Below are positions 53,275-63,237 of a stretch of 64,000 nt of DNA, in pieces (position 1 is the first letter of the stretch; every line of letters begins with the position of its first letter). The translations under genes were made by a program, and so were the position numbers. This DNA is from Microcoleus sp. (GTDB lineage Bacteria > Cyanobacteriota > Cyanobacteriia > Cyanobacteriales > Microcoleaceae). The stretch spans positions 3,328,001 to 3,392,000 of the forward strand of contig CP181291.1 in assembly GCA_052279835.1 (NCBI GenBank), read 5' to 3'. The notes under the pieces are model-generated. The model saw nothing but the letters and a program-made list of their open reading frames with translations, had not been told where the DNA came from and did no database searches.

Positions 53275-54544
53275 ATGAATCCACTAGCCAAAGTTAAAAA
53301 TATCAAACTTCCTCGCGCGCTGCGATCGAGAAATTATCGCCTATTTTTTGCAGGGACAAGGCATCTCTCTGATTGGCAGTTGGATGACGCAAGTTGCTAC
53401 TGTTTGGCTTGTGTACAATTTGAGCGATTCACCTTGGATGCTCGGCCTAGTCGGATTCACAAGTCAAATACCCACACTAATATTACTGCCTTTTGCAGGA
53501 GTTTTAATAGATAGATGGAACCGCCACCGAGTGATAATTGCCACTCAAATTTTGGCAATGATTCAATCATTAATCCTAGCATTTTTAGCCCTCACAGGAA
53601 TCATCAACATTTGGCAGATAATTATACTGAGTTTGTGTCAAGGAGCAATTAATGCTTTTGACGCGCCAGCCCGCCAAGCTTTTGTACCCGAACTTGTAGA
53701 AAAGAAAGAAGATTTAGCACAGGCGATCGCCATTAATGCTTCCATGTTCAATGGAGCCAGATTAATCGGCCCAGCCCTGGCAGGTTTGCTGATAGCCACA
53801 GTCGGCCCAAGTTATTGTTTTCTCATAGACGGACTCAGTTACATCGCCGTAATTGTAGGCTTGTTAGCCATGAAAATCAAGCCCAGAAAAATTGCCGAAA
53901 CCAATACCAAACCCTTACAAAGACTAAAAGAAGGATTTATTTATGCCTTTGGATTTCCGCCAATCAGAGCCATTTTAGTGCTATTAGCATTAGTCAGCTT
54001 TGCCGGAATGTCCCACACAGTTCTCGTCCCAATCTTTGCCACTAAAATTCTGCAAGGTGGCCCGCAAACCCTAGGCTTTTTGATGGCAGCTTCGGGCATA
54101 GGAGCATTCGCAGGGGCAATTTATTTAACCACCCGCAAAACAGTAGTTGGCATCGGCAAATTAATAGCCCTCTCACCAGCAGTGATGGGCTTTGGACTCA
54201 TCGGTTTTGCCCTCTCAAAAACCCTGTGGTTGTCATTAATCATGATGCTGTTTGTAGGAATTGGTTTCATCTTGCAATTTGCAGCAGGAAACACATTTTT
54301 GCAAACCATAGTTGACGACGAAAAACGCGGCAGAGTCATGAGCATTTACACAATGGCATTTTTTGGAGTCACCCCCTTTGGCAACTTAGTTGCAGGTGGA
54401 TTAGCCAACTATATCGGAGCACCAAATACAGTCCTAATCGGAGGGATAATTTGTGTATTAGCAGCCACAGTTTTCACCAAACAATTGCCAGCCTTAAAAC
54501 ACCTAGTTACACCAATCTATCAAAAAATGGGTTTAATTTCCTAA
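53275..54544 (+). CDS. MFS transporter (macrolide-efflux-like), +1 frameshift at about 53353-53355
   Basis: RALRSRNYRLFFAG joins QGISLIGSWM if one G of GGG is removed; GVLIDRWNR, FDAPARQA, RGRVMS. Confidence 0.88.
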
Positions 54545-54649
54545 ACAACTTGTAAAACACCCTCTTTTTCTCTTCCCCTCTCTTACTCTGCGCCCTCTGC
54601 GCCCTCTGCGGTTAAAATATCCAAATTAATTACACCAGAGGTAAAACCA

Positions 54650-56230
54650 ATGGCCAATACCAGTGCAATTATAGAACAGCAAAGCGATCGCGTTCCCCTA
54701 AAAACCTGGATCGGCGTCATGGGAACAATTCTCGGCGCATTCATGGCAGTTTTAGACATACAAATCACCAATGCTTCCCTCAAAGACATTCAAGCAGCAT
54801 TAGGCGCAACCTTAGAAGAAGGCTCTTGGATTTCCACCGCCTATCTAGTCGCAGAAATCGTCGTAATTCCCATGACAGGCTGGCTGTCCCAAGTCTTTTC
54901 CGTGCGCCGATACATCCTAGTAAATGCCACCCTGTTCACATTTTTTTCCATGTGCTGCGCTTGGGCATGGAACTTGAATTCAATGATTGTATTTCGAGCT
55001 TTGCAGGGGTTTACAGGCGGCATTTTAATTCCGATGGCGTTTGGATTTTTGCTGACGAATTTGCCACCCAAAAAACAGCCCATTGGTATGGCGCTGTTTG
55101 CCCTGACAGCTACTTTTGCACCCTCGATCGGACCGACATTAGGAGGATGGCTAACTGAAAATTACGGCTGGCAATATGTGTTTTATTTAAATTTGGTTCC
55201 GGGAATGCTGCTGCTAGCTGCTGTGTGGTACGCAATTGACCCTAAGCCGATGCAATTAGAACTGCTAAAAGGGGGAGACTGGTGGGGAATCATCTCTATG
55301 GCGATCGGCTTGGGTTCCCTGCAAGTTGTCTTAGAAGAAGGCAGTCGCAAAGACTGGTTTAGTTCGGATTTTATTGTCCGTCTCAGCATCGTTGCTGTAA
55401 TTTTTCTGGGCGCTTTTTTCTGGATCGAACTAACGCGAAAAAAACCTTTTATTAACTTGCGGTTGCTGACTCGTCGCAATTTCGGTTTAGCTACTATTGT
55501 TAATGTATCCTTGGGAGTAGGATTGTACGGTTCTGTATTTATTTTGCCCTTATATTTAGGTCAAATTCAGCAGTACAATGCCATGCAAATTGGCGAAGTA
55601 ATTATGTGGGCGGGAGTACCGCAGTTATTCATCGTACCGATGGTGCCGAAATTGATGCAGCGCATCGATATGCGGCTGATGATTGCTGTTGGTGTTAGTT
55701 TGTTTGCGCTCAGTTGTTTTATGAATGCCAGCATGACTCACGATACGGGTATCGATCAGTTACGTTGGTCCCAATTAGTGCGGGCTTTTGGCCAGCCTTT
55801 AATCATGGTGCCGCTATCAACGATCGCCACTGCGGGTATGGAGAAACACGAGGCTGGTTCGGCTTCGGGTTTGTTTAATATGATGCGAAATATGGGAGGT
55901 TCCATGGGGATTGCGGCCTTAGCCACTTTGGTGACGCAGCGGGAGCAGTTTCACTCAAATCGTTTGGGGGAATCGATTTCTTTGTACGATCCGGCAACCC
56001 AGGAGCGAATTAATCAAATGACTCAGTTTTTTGTGAGTCGGGGTGCTGATGTCAGCGTGGCGAAAGATCAGGCAATTAAGGCTATTGATAATATTGTCCG
56101 CCGGGAAGCTTATGTGATGGCTTTTAATGATTGTTTTTACTTTGTGGGCATTGCTTTATTGTTAAGTGGAATTGCGATTCTGGGCTTTAAAAAAGTGAAA
56201 CCTGGTGCCGGTGGTGGGGCTGCACATTAG
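54650..56230 (+). CDS. DHA2 (EmrB/QacA) drug efflux MFS permease
   Basis: MAVLDIQITNASL, WISTAYL, FRALQG, APSIGPTLGGWL. Confidence 0.93.
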   Translation: MANTSAIIEQQSDRVPLKTWIGVMGTILGAFMAVLDIQITNASLKDIQAALGATLEEGSWISTAYLVAEIVVIPMTGWLSQVFSVRRYILVNATLFTFFSMCCAWAWNLNSMIVFRALQGFTGGILIPMAFGFLLTNLPPKKQPIGMALFALTATFAPSIGPTLGGWLTENYGWQYVFYLNLVPGMLLLAAVWYAIDPKPMQLELLKGGDWWGIISMAIGLGSLQVVLEEGSRKDWFSSDFIVRLSIVAVIFLGAFFWIELTRKKPFINLRLLTRRNFGLATIVNVSLGVGLYGSVFILPLYLGQIQQYNAMQIGEVIMWAGVPQLFIVPMVPKLMQRIDMRLMIAVGVSLFALSCFMNASMTHDTGIDQLRWSQLVRAFGQPLIMVPLSTIATAGMEKHEAGSASGLFNMMRNMGGSMGIAALATLVTQREQFHSNRLGESISLYDPATQERINQMTQFFVSRGADVSVAKDQAIKAIDNIVRREAYVMAFNDCFYFVGIALLLSGIAILGFKKVKPGAGGGAAH

Positions 56231-56255
56231 ACTTGTTTAATAATTTCCCATAACT

Positions 56256-56550
56256 AAGGTCAGGATAGCATTCAGCTAGCAACAGGCGATTTCCAACCTT
56301 CCTTAGAGCAATTCTTGATATTTCCCATCAACAACAATCGAGATTTAGCTATCCAAACGAATGGTTTGTTCGTCTCCCGTCCAGATGGAAGTTCGGAAAT
56401 TAGTAGATTTGACACCATCGCTGTTATTGAAGGCGGCGGAAATCTCAAGTTGAATTTATTACCAGAATCTAGAGGTTCTCTATCTCTACTTGGCTAGAAA
56501 TCTCGAAGCTATTGGGGATTTGGCTGATTGTTGCTGGGTAGTGCGATCGC
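56256..56550 (+). pseudogene. Orphan 3' fragment of a paralog of the downstream calcium-binding protein gene, plus its downstream flank
   Basis: Highly similar to 57494-57785 (PINNNRDLAIQTNGLFVSRPDGS..FDTIAVIEGGGNL..LLG*). Confidence 0.85.
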
Positions 56551-56670
56551 TAATTTAGCTTAAGTGAGATTAGACAATGGGGAACAAAAATCACCCTATA
56601 GGGTGATTGTCTCAGTTCCAGATGATTTATAAATTGCATAAACAGCTAATTAAGGCCGCAGGATAAAAAC

Positions 56671-57732
56671 ATGGCTAACTACGCAATTTTTGACGAACAA
56701 TACTACCTTTCGCAGTATCCTTGGGTCAAACCAGCGATTGACGCAGGAGTTATCAAATCTGGAAGAGAACACTTTGAAAAATTTGGTCAAGCTGGCGGCT
56801 TAACTAAAGTATCGCGGTATTTTGACGAAGCTACCTACCTGGCTGGCAACCCAGATATCGCTGCCTTAGTCCGCACTCCCAACAACCCAAACGCTCCTTT
56901 TGCGACCGGGCTAGACCACTTTATCCAATACGGTTACGAAGAAGGTCGCACTCGCGTATCGCCTGAGTATAACGAAGCGTTTTATGTAGCAAATAACCGA
57001 GATTTACTGCCGTTTATTCAGAATGGAAATTTTAAAAATGGCTACCAGCATTTCATTCAATTCGGCATCAAAGACGGTCGGTTTGGGACTTCATTTTTTG
57101 AAACAGAATACTTACAAAAAAATCCCGATGTTCGGCCGTTTGTCGAATCGGGAGCGTTGAAAACTGGTCGGGAACACTACTTCAATTTCGGCAAAAACGA
57201 TCCTAGCCGCTCTGCGACTTTTATCGGAAGTTCCGGGAATGACATGATTGCCGGTGCTGGGGTGGGAAATGTCGAATTAATTGGAACTGAAGTAGGTTTA
57301 CGTACAGGTAATGGCTTTGGCGAGGGCCGAGTGTATGAAGGTGACGGCAGCAATGAATTCGATACTCTCATTGGCGGTAGCGGCCGCGATAAATTCGTAC
57401 TCGGAGACCTTATAGAAGGCAGTAAGGGGAATCCGGCCGGAGCCAAAATATTCTATATCGGGCCCGGTTTTGCGACAATTCGGAACTTTACCAAAGGTCA
57501 GGATAGCATCCTGCTAGGAGATAATTTATCACCTTTCTCAGATCAATTCTTGATATTGCCCATCAACAACAATCGAGATTTAGCTATCCAAACGAACGGC
57601 TTGTTCGTCTCCCGTCCAGATGGAAGTCCGGGAATTAGTAGCTTTGACACGATCGCTGTTATTGAAGGTGGCGGAAATCTCAGTTTGAATGTATTACCAG
57701 AATCTACTGTTTTTAGATTTTTACTTGGCTAG
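56671..57732 (+). CDS. Calcium-binding surface protein with FDE.YYL..NPD repeats and RTX-like C-terminal part
   Basis: Four F.E..YL..(N)P..V/I..HF..(F/Y)G repeats; GSSGND, DTLIGGSGRDKF. Confidence 0.8.
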   Translation: MANYAIFDEQYYLSQYPWVKPAIDAGVIKSGREHFEKFGQAGGLTKVSRYFDEATYLAGNPDIAALVRTPNNPNAPFATGLDHFIQYGYEEGRTRVSPEYNEAFYVANNRDLLPFIQNGNFKNGYQHFIQFGIKDGRFGTSFFETEYLQKNPDVRPFVESGALKTGREHYFNFGKNDPSRSATFIGSSGNDMIAGAGVGNVELIGTEVGLRTGNGFGEGRVYEGDGSNEFDTLIGGSGRDKFVLGDLIEGSKGNPAGAKIFYIGPGFATIRNFTKGQDSILLGDNLSPFSDQFLILPINNNRDLAIQTNGLFVSRPDGSPGISSFDTIAVIEGGGNLSLNVLPESTVFRFLLG

Positions 57733-57814
57733 AAATCTCTAAGCTATTGGGGATTTGGCTGATTGTTGCTGGGTAGTGCGATCGCACATTCGCAAAAAGG
57801 GCGATCGCACTTTG

Positions 57815-58474
57815 CTATTGCGGCAACTCGCCAAAGCGATCGCGATATTGAGCCACCAATTCTTCAGCCGTCAAATACCTACTACCTCCTTTGTCAAACC
57901 AGTACAAAACCTCCAACTGTGTTTCCCCATCGCTGTATCGACCTCGACCGATTCCTAAACCCACTTCCGGCATCCAAAAAGGTTCACCAATTTGCTGTTC
58001 GTACTCGCCATTTACCAAACGATAAACTTCAAACGGTTGATGTTGGTCTCGCCGCCAGTAGTAGGGATTGTAAATCACATAGTACAGCACGCCCAACTTC
58101 GCGTAAATATCAATTTTTTTATCGTATTCACCGCCATAAGTTTGAGAAACAATCTCTAGGGCAAAAATCGGGGGAATATTATTTTCTTCCCAAAGGACGT
58201 AACTAAGGCGCAAAGTATCGCCTTTGAACCTTTCGACACCCAAACTCAAGAAACCGTCAGGAACAATTGGAACCAGATGACTTACTCCAGTCGTGTGATA
58301 AACTCCCATATCCACCGCAAAAAACCAGTCGTTCCGCTGCCGCCAGTGAAATTTGAGCAAGAATAATAGTAAGTTGGGAAGAAAGTTTTGATTTTCGTTA
58401 TCCACAGGAGTATCATCCGAAGACGGAAGTTCGGCGCTAGTTGGCAAACGCATTTCTCGATCGAATAGTACCAT
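57815..58474 (-). CDS. Uma2-family endonuclease
   Basis: LPSSDDTPVDNE, IVPDGFLSLGV, ALEIVS, LGVLYYVIYNP. Confidence 0.9.
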   Translation of the reverse strand: MVLFDREMRLPTSAELPSSDDTPVDNENQNFLPNLLLFLLKFHWRQRNDWFFAVDMGVYHTTGVSHLVPIVPDGFLSLGVERFKGDTLRLSYVLWEENNIPPIFALEIVSQTYGGEYDKKIDIYAKLGVLYYVIYNPYYWRRDQHQPFEVYRLVNGEYEQQIGEPFWMPEVGLGIGRGRYSDGETQLEVLYWFDKGGSRYLTAEELVAQYRDRFGELPQ

Positions 58475-58818
58475 GATATAAAAATGGCAAATTTATTAAT
58501 TAATTGTATCATTCAGCAACCGGGTTTCTCCACTAAACCCGGTTTCTAAGTCGGGTGCATCTCAATTGGGTAAGGGCGAAGCATGACCGCATTAAATCTC
58601 TGGCGATTGCTAATAAATTGTCTGCGGTTATGCTTCGCCCCTACGAATATATTTGCCAAAATGAGATGCACCTGCTAAGTCTTTAATAGATATCTTGCAA
58701 AAGTCAAATTCACCCCCCTTAGTCCCCCCTTAGTAAGGGGGGAAACAAGAATAATCTTGCCCCCTGCCCTTAGTAAGGGGAGGGTTGGGGTGGGGTGCAT
58801 TGTATTTTTGCCAGAGTT

Positions 58819-59295
58819 CTAATGCCGATCGCGCGCTAGTTTCAACACCTCAACAGCGTCTTTATGCCCCTCAGAAGATGCCCAAATTAAGGCAGTCCAA
58901 CTGTTGTTATCCTTAGCCTTAATATCAGCTCCTTTCTCGATTAAAAACTCCAAAACTTCAGTGCGTCCACTACCAGCCGCACTCATTAAAGCTGTTAAAC
59001 CAAAATTAGTCTTAGCGTTCACTTCGGCTCCCGCCTCCAACAAAAGTTGTACAATTTCTCTATGTCCGGCAGCAGCCGCGCTCATTAAAGGTGTCCAACC
59101 GTCATTATCCTGACTGTTGACATCGGCACCAGCAGCGAGCAATTTTGTCACGAGTTCAGTATTGCCAGCCTCAGCCGCAGCCGTCAAAGCCGTAGCACCT
59201 TCCTCATCTTTGGCATTGATATCTGCACATTGTTCGATCGCAGATTCTACAGTAGAAACATCACCAGTTTTGGCGGCATTAATTAAATCGGTCAT
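58819..59295 (-). CDS. Ankyrin repeat protein
   Basis: Four G.T.L..AA..G...V..LL..GADVN repeats. Confidence 0.95.
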   Translation of the reverse strand: MTDLINAAKTGDVSTVESAIEQCADINAKDEEGATALTAAAEAGNTELVTKLLAAGADVNSQDNDGWTPLMSAAAAGHREIVQLLLEAGAEVNAKTNFGLTALMSAAGSGRTEVLEFLIEKGADIKAKDNNSWTALIWASSEGHKDAVEVLKLARDRH

Positions 59296-59331
59296 ATATT
59301 CTCCTTTGTATCCTCTAAAATCTTAAATCGC

Positions 59332-60645
59332 ATGGCAGTAGATATTTTAGTCCTCTCTAACGGCCCCGGAGAATTAGCAACCTGGGTACGTCCCGTCGTA
59401 CAAGCCTTGCGAGAACATTTAGGATGCGATCGCACATCTGTGCGTATTTCCGTTGTCCTGTCCCCCTGTCCCCACGCCACGGGCAAAGAAGCACAAATCG
59501 CCAGTTCCTACCCCGAAGTTGACAGAGTGCAAGCACCAGAGCATTTTTTGCCATTCCTATTATCCGGCAAAACAGTTGAAAATTGGGATTGGCATGAAAA
59601 AGGAGTTGTTTTATTTTTAGGTGGCGACCAATTTTTTACAGTTGTTATTGGTAAAAGGCTCAAATATCGCACTGTTATTTATGCAGAATGGGAGGCAAGG
59701 TGGTATCGCTGGATTGATAAATTTGCCGCCATGAAACCCCAAGTTATTGATAAAATACCCCAAAAATATGCTAATAAATTTACAGTTGTCGGAGATTTAA
59801 TTGCCGAGGTTTCTCGTTCCCAGACAGAGCCTGGAAACGCAGTTCCAGAGGCTCTGCATCCTCCAACTACTCCAAAAGAACTAATTGGATTGTTACCAGG
59901 CTCAAAGGCGGCAAAACTAGCTTTAGGCGTGCCTTTGTGTTTGTCGATCGCCCAATCCATCCATCGCCTCCGCCCGGAAACTCGCTTTGTAATTCCGGTT
60001 GCTCCCACCATAGACATCCAAACTTTAGCAGGTTTTGCGGACCCAGAAAAAAATCCTTGTCTACATTTATTTGCCAACTCCAGCGCCAAACTTCATGTAA
60101 CAGAATCACCATTTTTAATGACAGCAAATGGCTTACAAATAGAACTTTGGACTGAGACACCAGCCTATGATTTGCTATCAGAATGCAGTTTGTGTTTAAC
60201 TACTGTGGGAGCCAATACCGCCGAATTGGGTTCTTTAGCTGTACCGATGATTGTTTTGCTACCAACGCAGCAATTGGATGCGATGAAGGCTTGGGATGGT
60301 TTGCCGGGATTGTTGGCAAATTTGCCCTTAGTTGGTTCAGTTTTTGCGACGGTGATTAATTGGCTAATTTGGCGATTGGGGAAGCGAAAACTGTATGCTT
60401 GGCCGAATATTTGGGCGCAAGCAGAGATTGTACCAGAGTTGGTTGGGAAACTGGAACCGGAAGCAGTGGCCGGGTTGGCGATCGACTATTTGAGCCATCC
60501 TGAAAAATTAGCACAAATGGGCGATCGTTTGCGGAGGGTTCGAGGAGAATCCGGGGCGGCGAATAAAATCGCTGAATTAGTTTATGAAGAACATAATAAA
60601 AATATTGTAGATACTGTCGAGTGTTATGTGAGCCGTCATCAGTAA
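59332..60645 (+). CDS. Lipid-A-disaccharide synthase-like GT-B glycosyltransferase
   Basis: LSNGPGE, LLPGSK, TVGANTAEL, WPNIWAQAEIVPEL (LpxB-related pattern). Confidence 0.8.
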   Translation: MAVDILVLSNGPGELATWVRPVVQALREHLGCDRTSVRISVVLSPCPHATGKEAQIASSYPEVDRVQAPEHFLPFLLSGKTVENWDWHEKGVVLFLGGDQFFTVVIGKRLKYRTVIYAEWEARWYRWIDKFAAMKPQVIDKIPQKYANKFTVVGDLIAEVSRSQTEPGNAVPEALHPPTTPKELIGLLPGSKAAKLALGVPLCLSIAQSIHRLRPETRFVIPVAPTIDIQTLAGFADPEKNPCLHLFANSSAKLHVTESPFLMTANGLQIELWTETPAYDLLSECSLCLTTVGANTAELGSLAVPMIVLLPTQQLDAMKAWDGLPGLLANLPLVGSVFATVINWLIWRLGKRKLYAWPNIWAQAEIVPELVGKLEPEAVAGLAIDYLSHPEKLAQMGDRLRRVRGESGAANKIAELVYEEHNKNIVDTVECYVSRHQ

Positions 60646-60900
60646 TGTCCGCTTATCTACGCAAAAGACTTATGCAGTCTAAGGGGCGGGCCAAGTTGGG
60701 TGGGGGCGGGTTCACCAACCATAATTGCCAAAAACCAACAATCTCATAAACCCGCCCCCGCCCCATGCCCCATGCCCTAATTCCTAATGGCAATAAAAAA
60801 GCCAGGGATAGATATCCCCAGCTCGAAACATAACACATTAAGTTTTGAGAATTCGTGGGTCGCTCTTTTCAGAATCCTACCGTGCCCACTCCTAGCCCAA

Positions 60901-62889
60901 TTAAATCAGGGTAATATCCGAAGCCGATAGACCCGGTTTGCCGTTCAGGATGGCCAGCGTCACCCCTGGGTTAGCACCAGCAGTACCATCAGGGTCATAT
61001 CCTAGTCGTCCGTCTTCAACTTGATAGAAGAGGAATCCTTGATTGGTAGCAGCCCCTGCTGGACCAAAACTGCTACTGTAAGCCCCAGTCTCAAGCACCA
61101 ACAAGGACCCAGAAGAAAGTCGATTGGTGTTAGGTAATGGGTTCAAGGCGCTGAAGCCTGTCTGCTGGAACACCAACTTGTCTTGACCGGACACAAAGTC
61201 ACCAATTTGGTCTGGGTTGCTACCGGTAGGTAGGAAGTTGGGTGCGCCACCAATAGGGACACCCTCGCCGAAGTTGTTGTAGTAGAAGCTGTCATTACCA
61301 GTTCCACCAATCAGGGTGTCAGCACCAGGCCCGCCACCGAGAGAGTCGTCGCCATCGCCTCCGAGCAAATAGTCGTTCCCAAAGCCGCCCAGCAACACGT
61401 CGTTGCCGCCACCGGCATCCAAGGTATCGTCTCCGTCAACTGTTGCAACTGCTCCGATGGGAAGAGTGGCTGGGCCGCCGAACAGTGTGTCATTCCCGCT
61501 ACCGGTAGTAATGACATCAGTACCATTGGCACCAAAGATGAGGTTGCTACCCTGGTTGTCGGTAATCCTGTTGACAGTTGTACGACCGGTAAAGTTAACA
61601 CTGCTCGCGTAGGAGATGAAGTCGTTGCCTGCAGAGTCACCGACCAGAGTATCGCTGGCGTTGCCAAAAATCACCGTGTCATTCCCCGCGCCGCCATTCA
61701 TGACGTGGGTGACGGTGAAACTGGTGCTGACAGTAGTATTGCCAATTAAGAGATCGTTGCCGATGCCGCCGTCAAGAGTAATCCTTCCATTGACATTGGA
61801 AAGAGAGGCATTAATCGTATCGTCGCCGTCTGCACCGGAGGCATTAGTAAAGATACCGCTCAAGCTGTCGTTACCGTCGCCGCCAATCATGGTATCAGTG
61901 GAGAAAGCAGCGACGATCGTGTCATTGCCAGTCCCGCCATCAAGGAAGTTCCGACCGGCAAAGCCTGGAAGGGAACTCTGGGCACCACCGCTCGAAAGTG
62001 CTGTCACCGTCGCAGACACGATGAAGTCGTCGCCTGCACCTCCGATGGCGGTATCCTGGGTAGAAAAAACCCTAATCGTGTCATTGCCCTCGCCGGCATC
62101 TAATAAGTTTCTGCCACCGCCAAATTCGCCGATCGAACCGTATAGAGAATCATTTCCAGCACCACCTAGCAAGGTAGTTCTCTCAATGCCAATAGTAATG
62201 AAGCCGGAAGCAAATGGACTTGCTTGGGTAGTATTGGCAACGAATAAGGTATCCTGGTCCTCACCGCCCTCGAGGTAGCTGCTGCTGCCAGCACCGCGCA
62301 GAGTGTCATTGCCTTTACCGCCGAAAAGGCTGTCTCTGATGTTGATACCTGCAACCAAGTCGTCACCAGAGTCGCCCCGCAAGAAGTTGCTTCCTTCATT
62401 GCCAGCGAAACCAACGCCCGATAAGGGAAGACCGAGGTTGTTGCCTCCGCCTGCGATGAAGAAGCCAACGGCGTCATTGCCCTTGCCACCGTAGATGGTG
62501 TCTCTTCTCTGGGCCCCTCCCAGGATCGTATCTGAACCCTGATTACCAAATATGACGTTAGCTTCGACAGTACCTTGGAGGAAGTCGTCTCCTTCACCGC
62601 CGACGATCGTAGCGCGGGCTTCAGCGATTATGGTGTCCGAGCCTCCGTCGCCAAACAGCAAGGCGGGAGTACGCTGAGATCTAATAGAGTCTTCGTCGGC
62701 GCCGCCGTAGATAGTATCGTTCGGGCCCACGGAAATCAGAGTATCATTATCGCCTTGGCCAAATATTAAGCTGCCGCCCAGGGTAGAAGTTCTGACGAAA
62801 TCAGCCCCACCTCCGGCGAAGATTGTATCCGGTCCCAGTCCCGGAAGGTTTAAATCTATTACATTAGGATCGTCATTTAGCGTTGTCAT
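60901..62889 (-). CDS. RTX/hemolysin-type calcium-binding repeat protein
   Basis: Many GGxGxDx(L/I) nonapeptides; type I secretion-like C-terminus (DFVSGQDKL...LSASDITLI). Confidence 0.92.
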   Translation of the reverse strand: MTTLNDDPNVIDLNLPGLGPDTIFAGGGADFVRTSTLGGSLIFGQGDNDTLISVGPNDTIYGGADEDSIRSQRTPALLFGDGGSDTIIAEARATIVGGEGDDFLQGTVEANVIFGNQGSDTILGGAQRRDTIYGGKGNDAVGFFIAGGGNNLGLPLSGVGFAGNEGSNFLRGDSGDDLVAGINIRDSLFGGKGNDTLRGAGSSSYLEGGEDQDTLFVANTTQASPFASGFITIGIERTTLLGGAGNDSLYGSIGEFGGGRNLLDAGEGNDTIRVFSTQDTAIGGAGDDFIVSATVTALSSGGAQSSLPGFAGRNFLDGGTGNDTIVAAFSTDTMIGGDGNDSLSGIFTNASGADGDDTINASLSNVNGRITLDGGIGNDLLIGNTTVSTSFTVTHVMNGGAGNDTVIFGNASDTLVGDSAGNDFISYASSVNFTGRTTVNRITDNQGSNLIFGANGTDVITTGSGNDTLFGGPATLPIGAVATVDGDDTLDAGGGNDVLLGGFGNDYLLGGDGDDSLGGGPGADTLIGGTGNDSFYYNNFGEGVPIGGAPNFLPTGSNPDQIGDFVSGQDKLVFQQTGFSALNPLPNTNRLSSGSLLVLETGAYSSSFGPAGAATNQGFLFYQVEDGRLGYDPDGTAGANPGVTLAILNGKPGLSASDITLI

Positions 62890-63237
62890 TACAGATTCAC
62901 TCCTCTACTTAATTTGTCATCGCTGTTGCGACTACAGAGACTGCCTAGAACACCGAATGTTTGGATGCCGTTGTAGTTTAACTTGTTTGCTCGTCGCAAG
63001 TCTAGTCTAGTTGTGTTAACTCTGTCTAGACTTTCTAGACTGGCTATTTTTTCGTTGTAAGCTTTTATTTTCAATTTCTTCACCCTTTTAATGATCCTAA
63101 TTGGACGCTCGGAGGTGCTTACGCTCTCGAAGACGCGGTTGATATTCTGAATGTTCCATTGTGGATGAGCGAGGTGGGATCGCCTCCACACAAGGAAATC
63201 TGAAATTTAGGATCAAAAAAGGGTTCCGATCTAGGCA

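Noticed and set aside
56256..57785. Duplicated segment as a DGR template/variable repeat pair
   Set aside because: Differences are not restricted to adenines, the homology extends past the stop codon, and there is no DGR reverse transcriptase in the window.
39441..58474. Uma2 endonucleases as a defence island
   Set aside because: Two isolated copies of a highly expanded cyanobacterial family with no associated defence genes.
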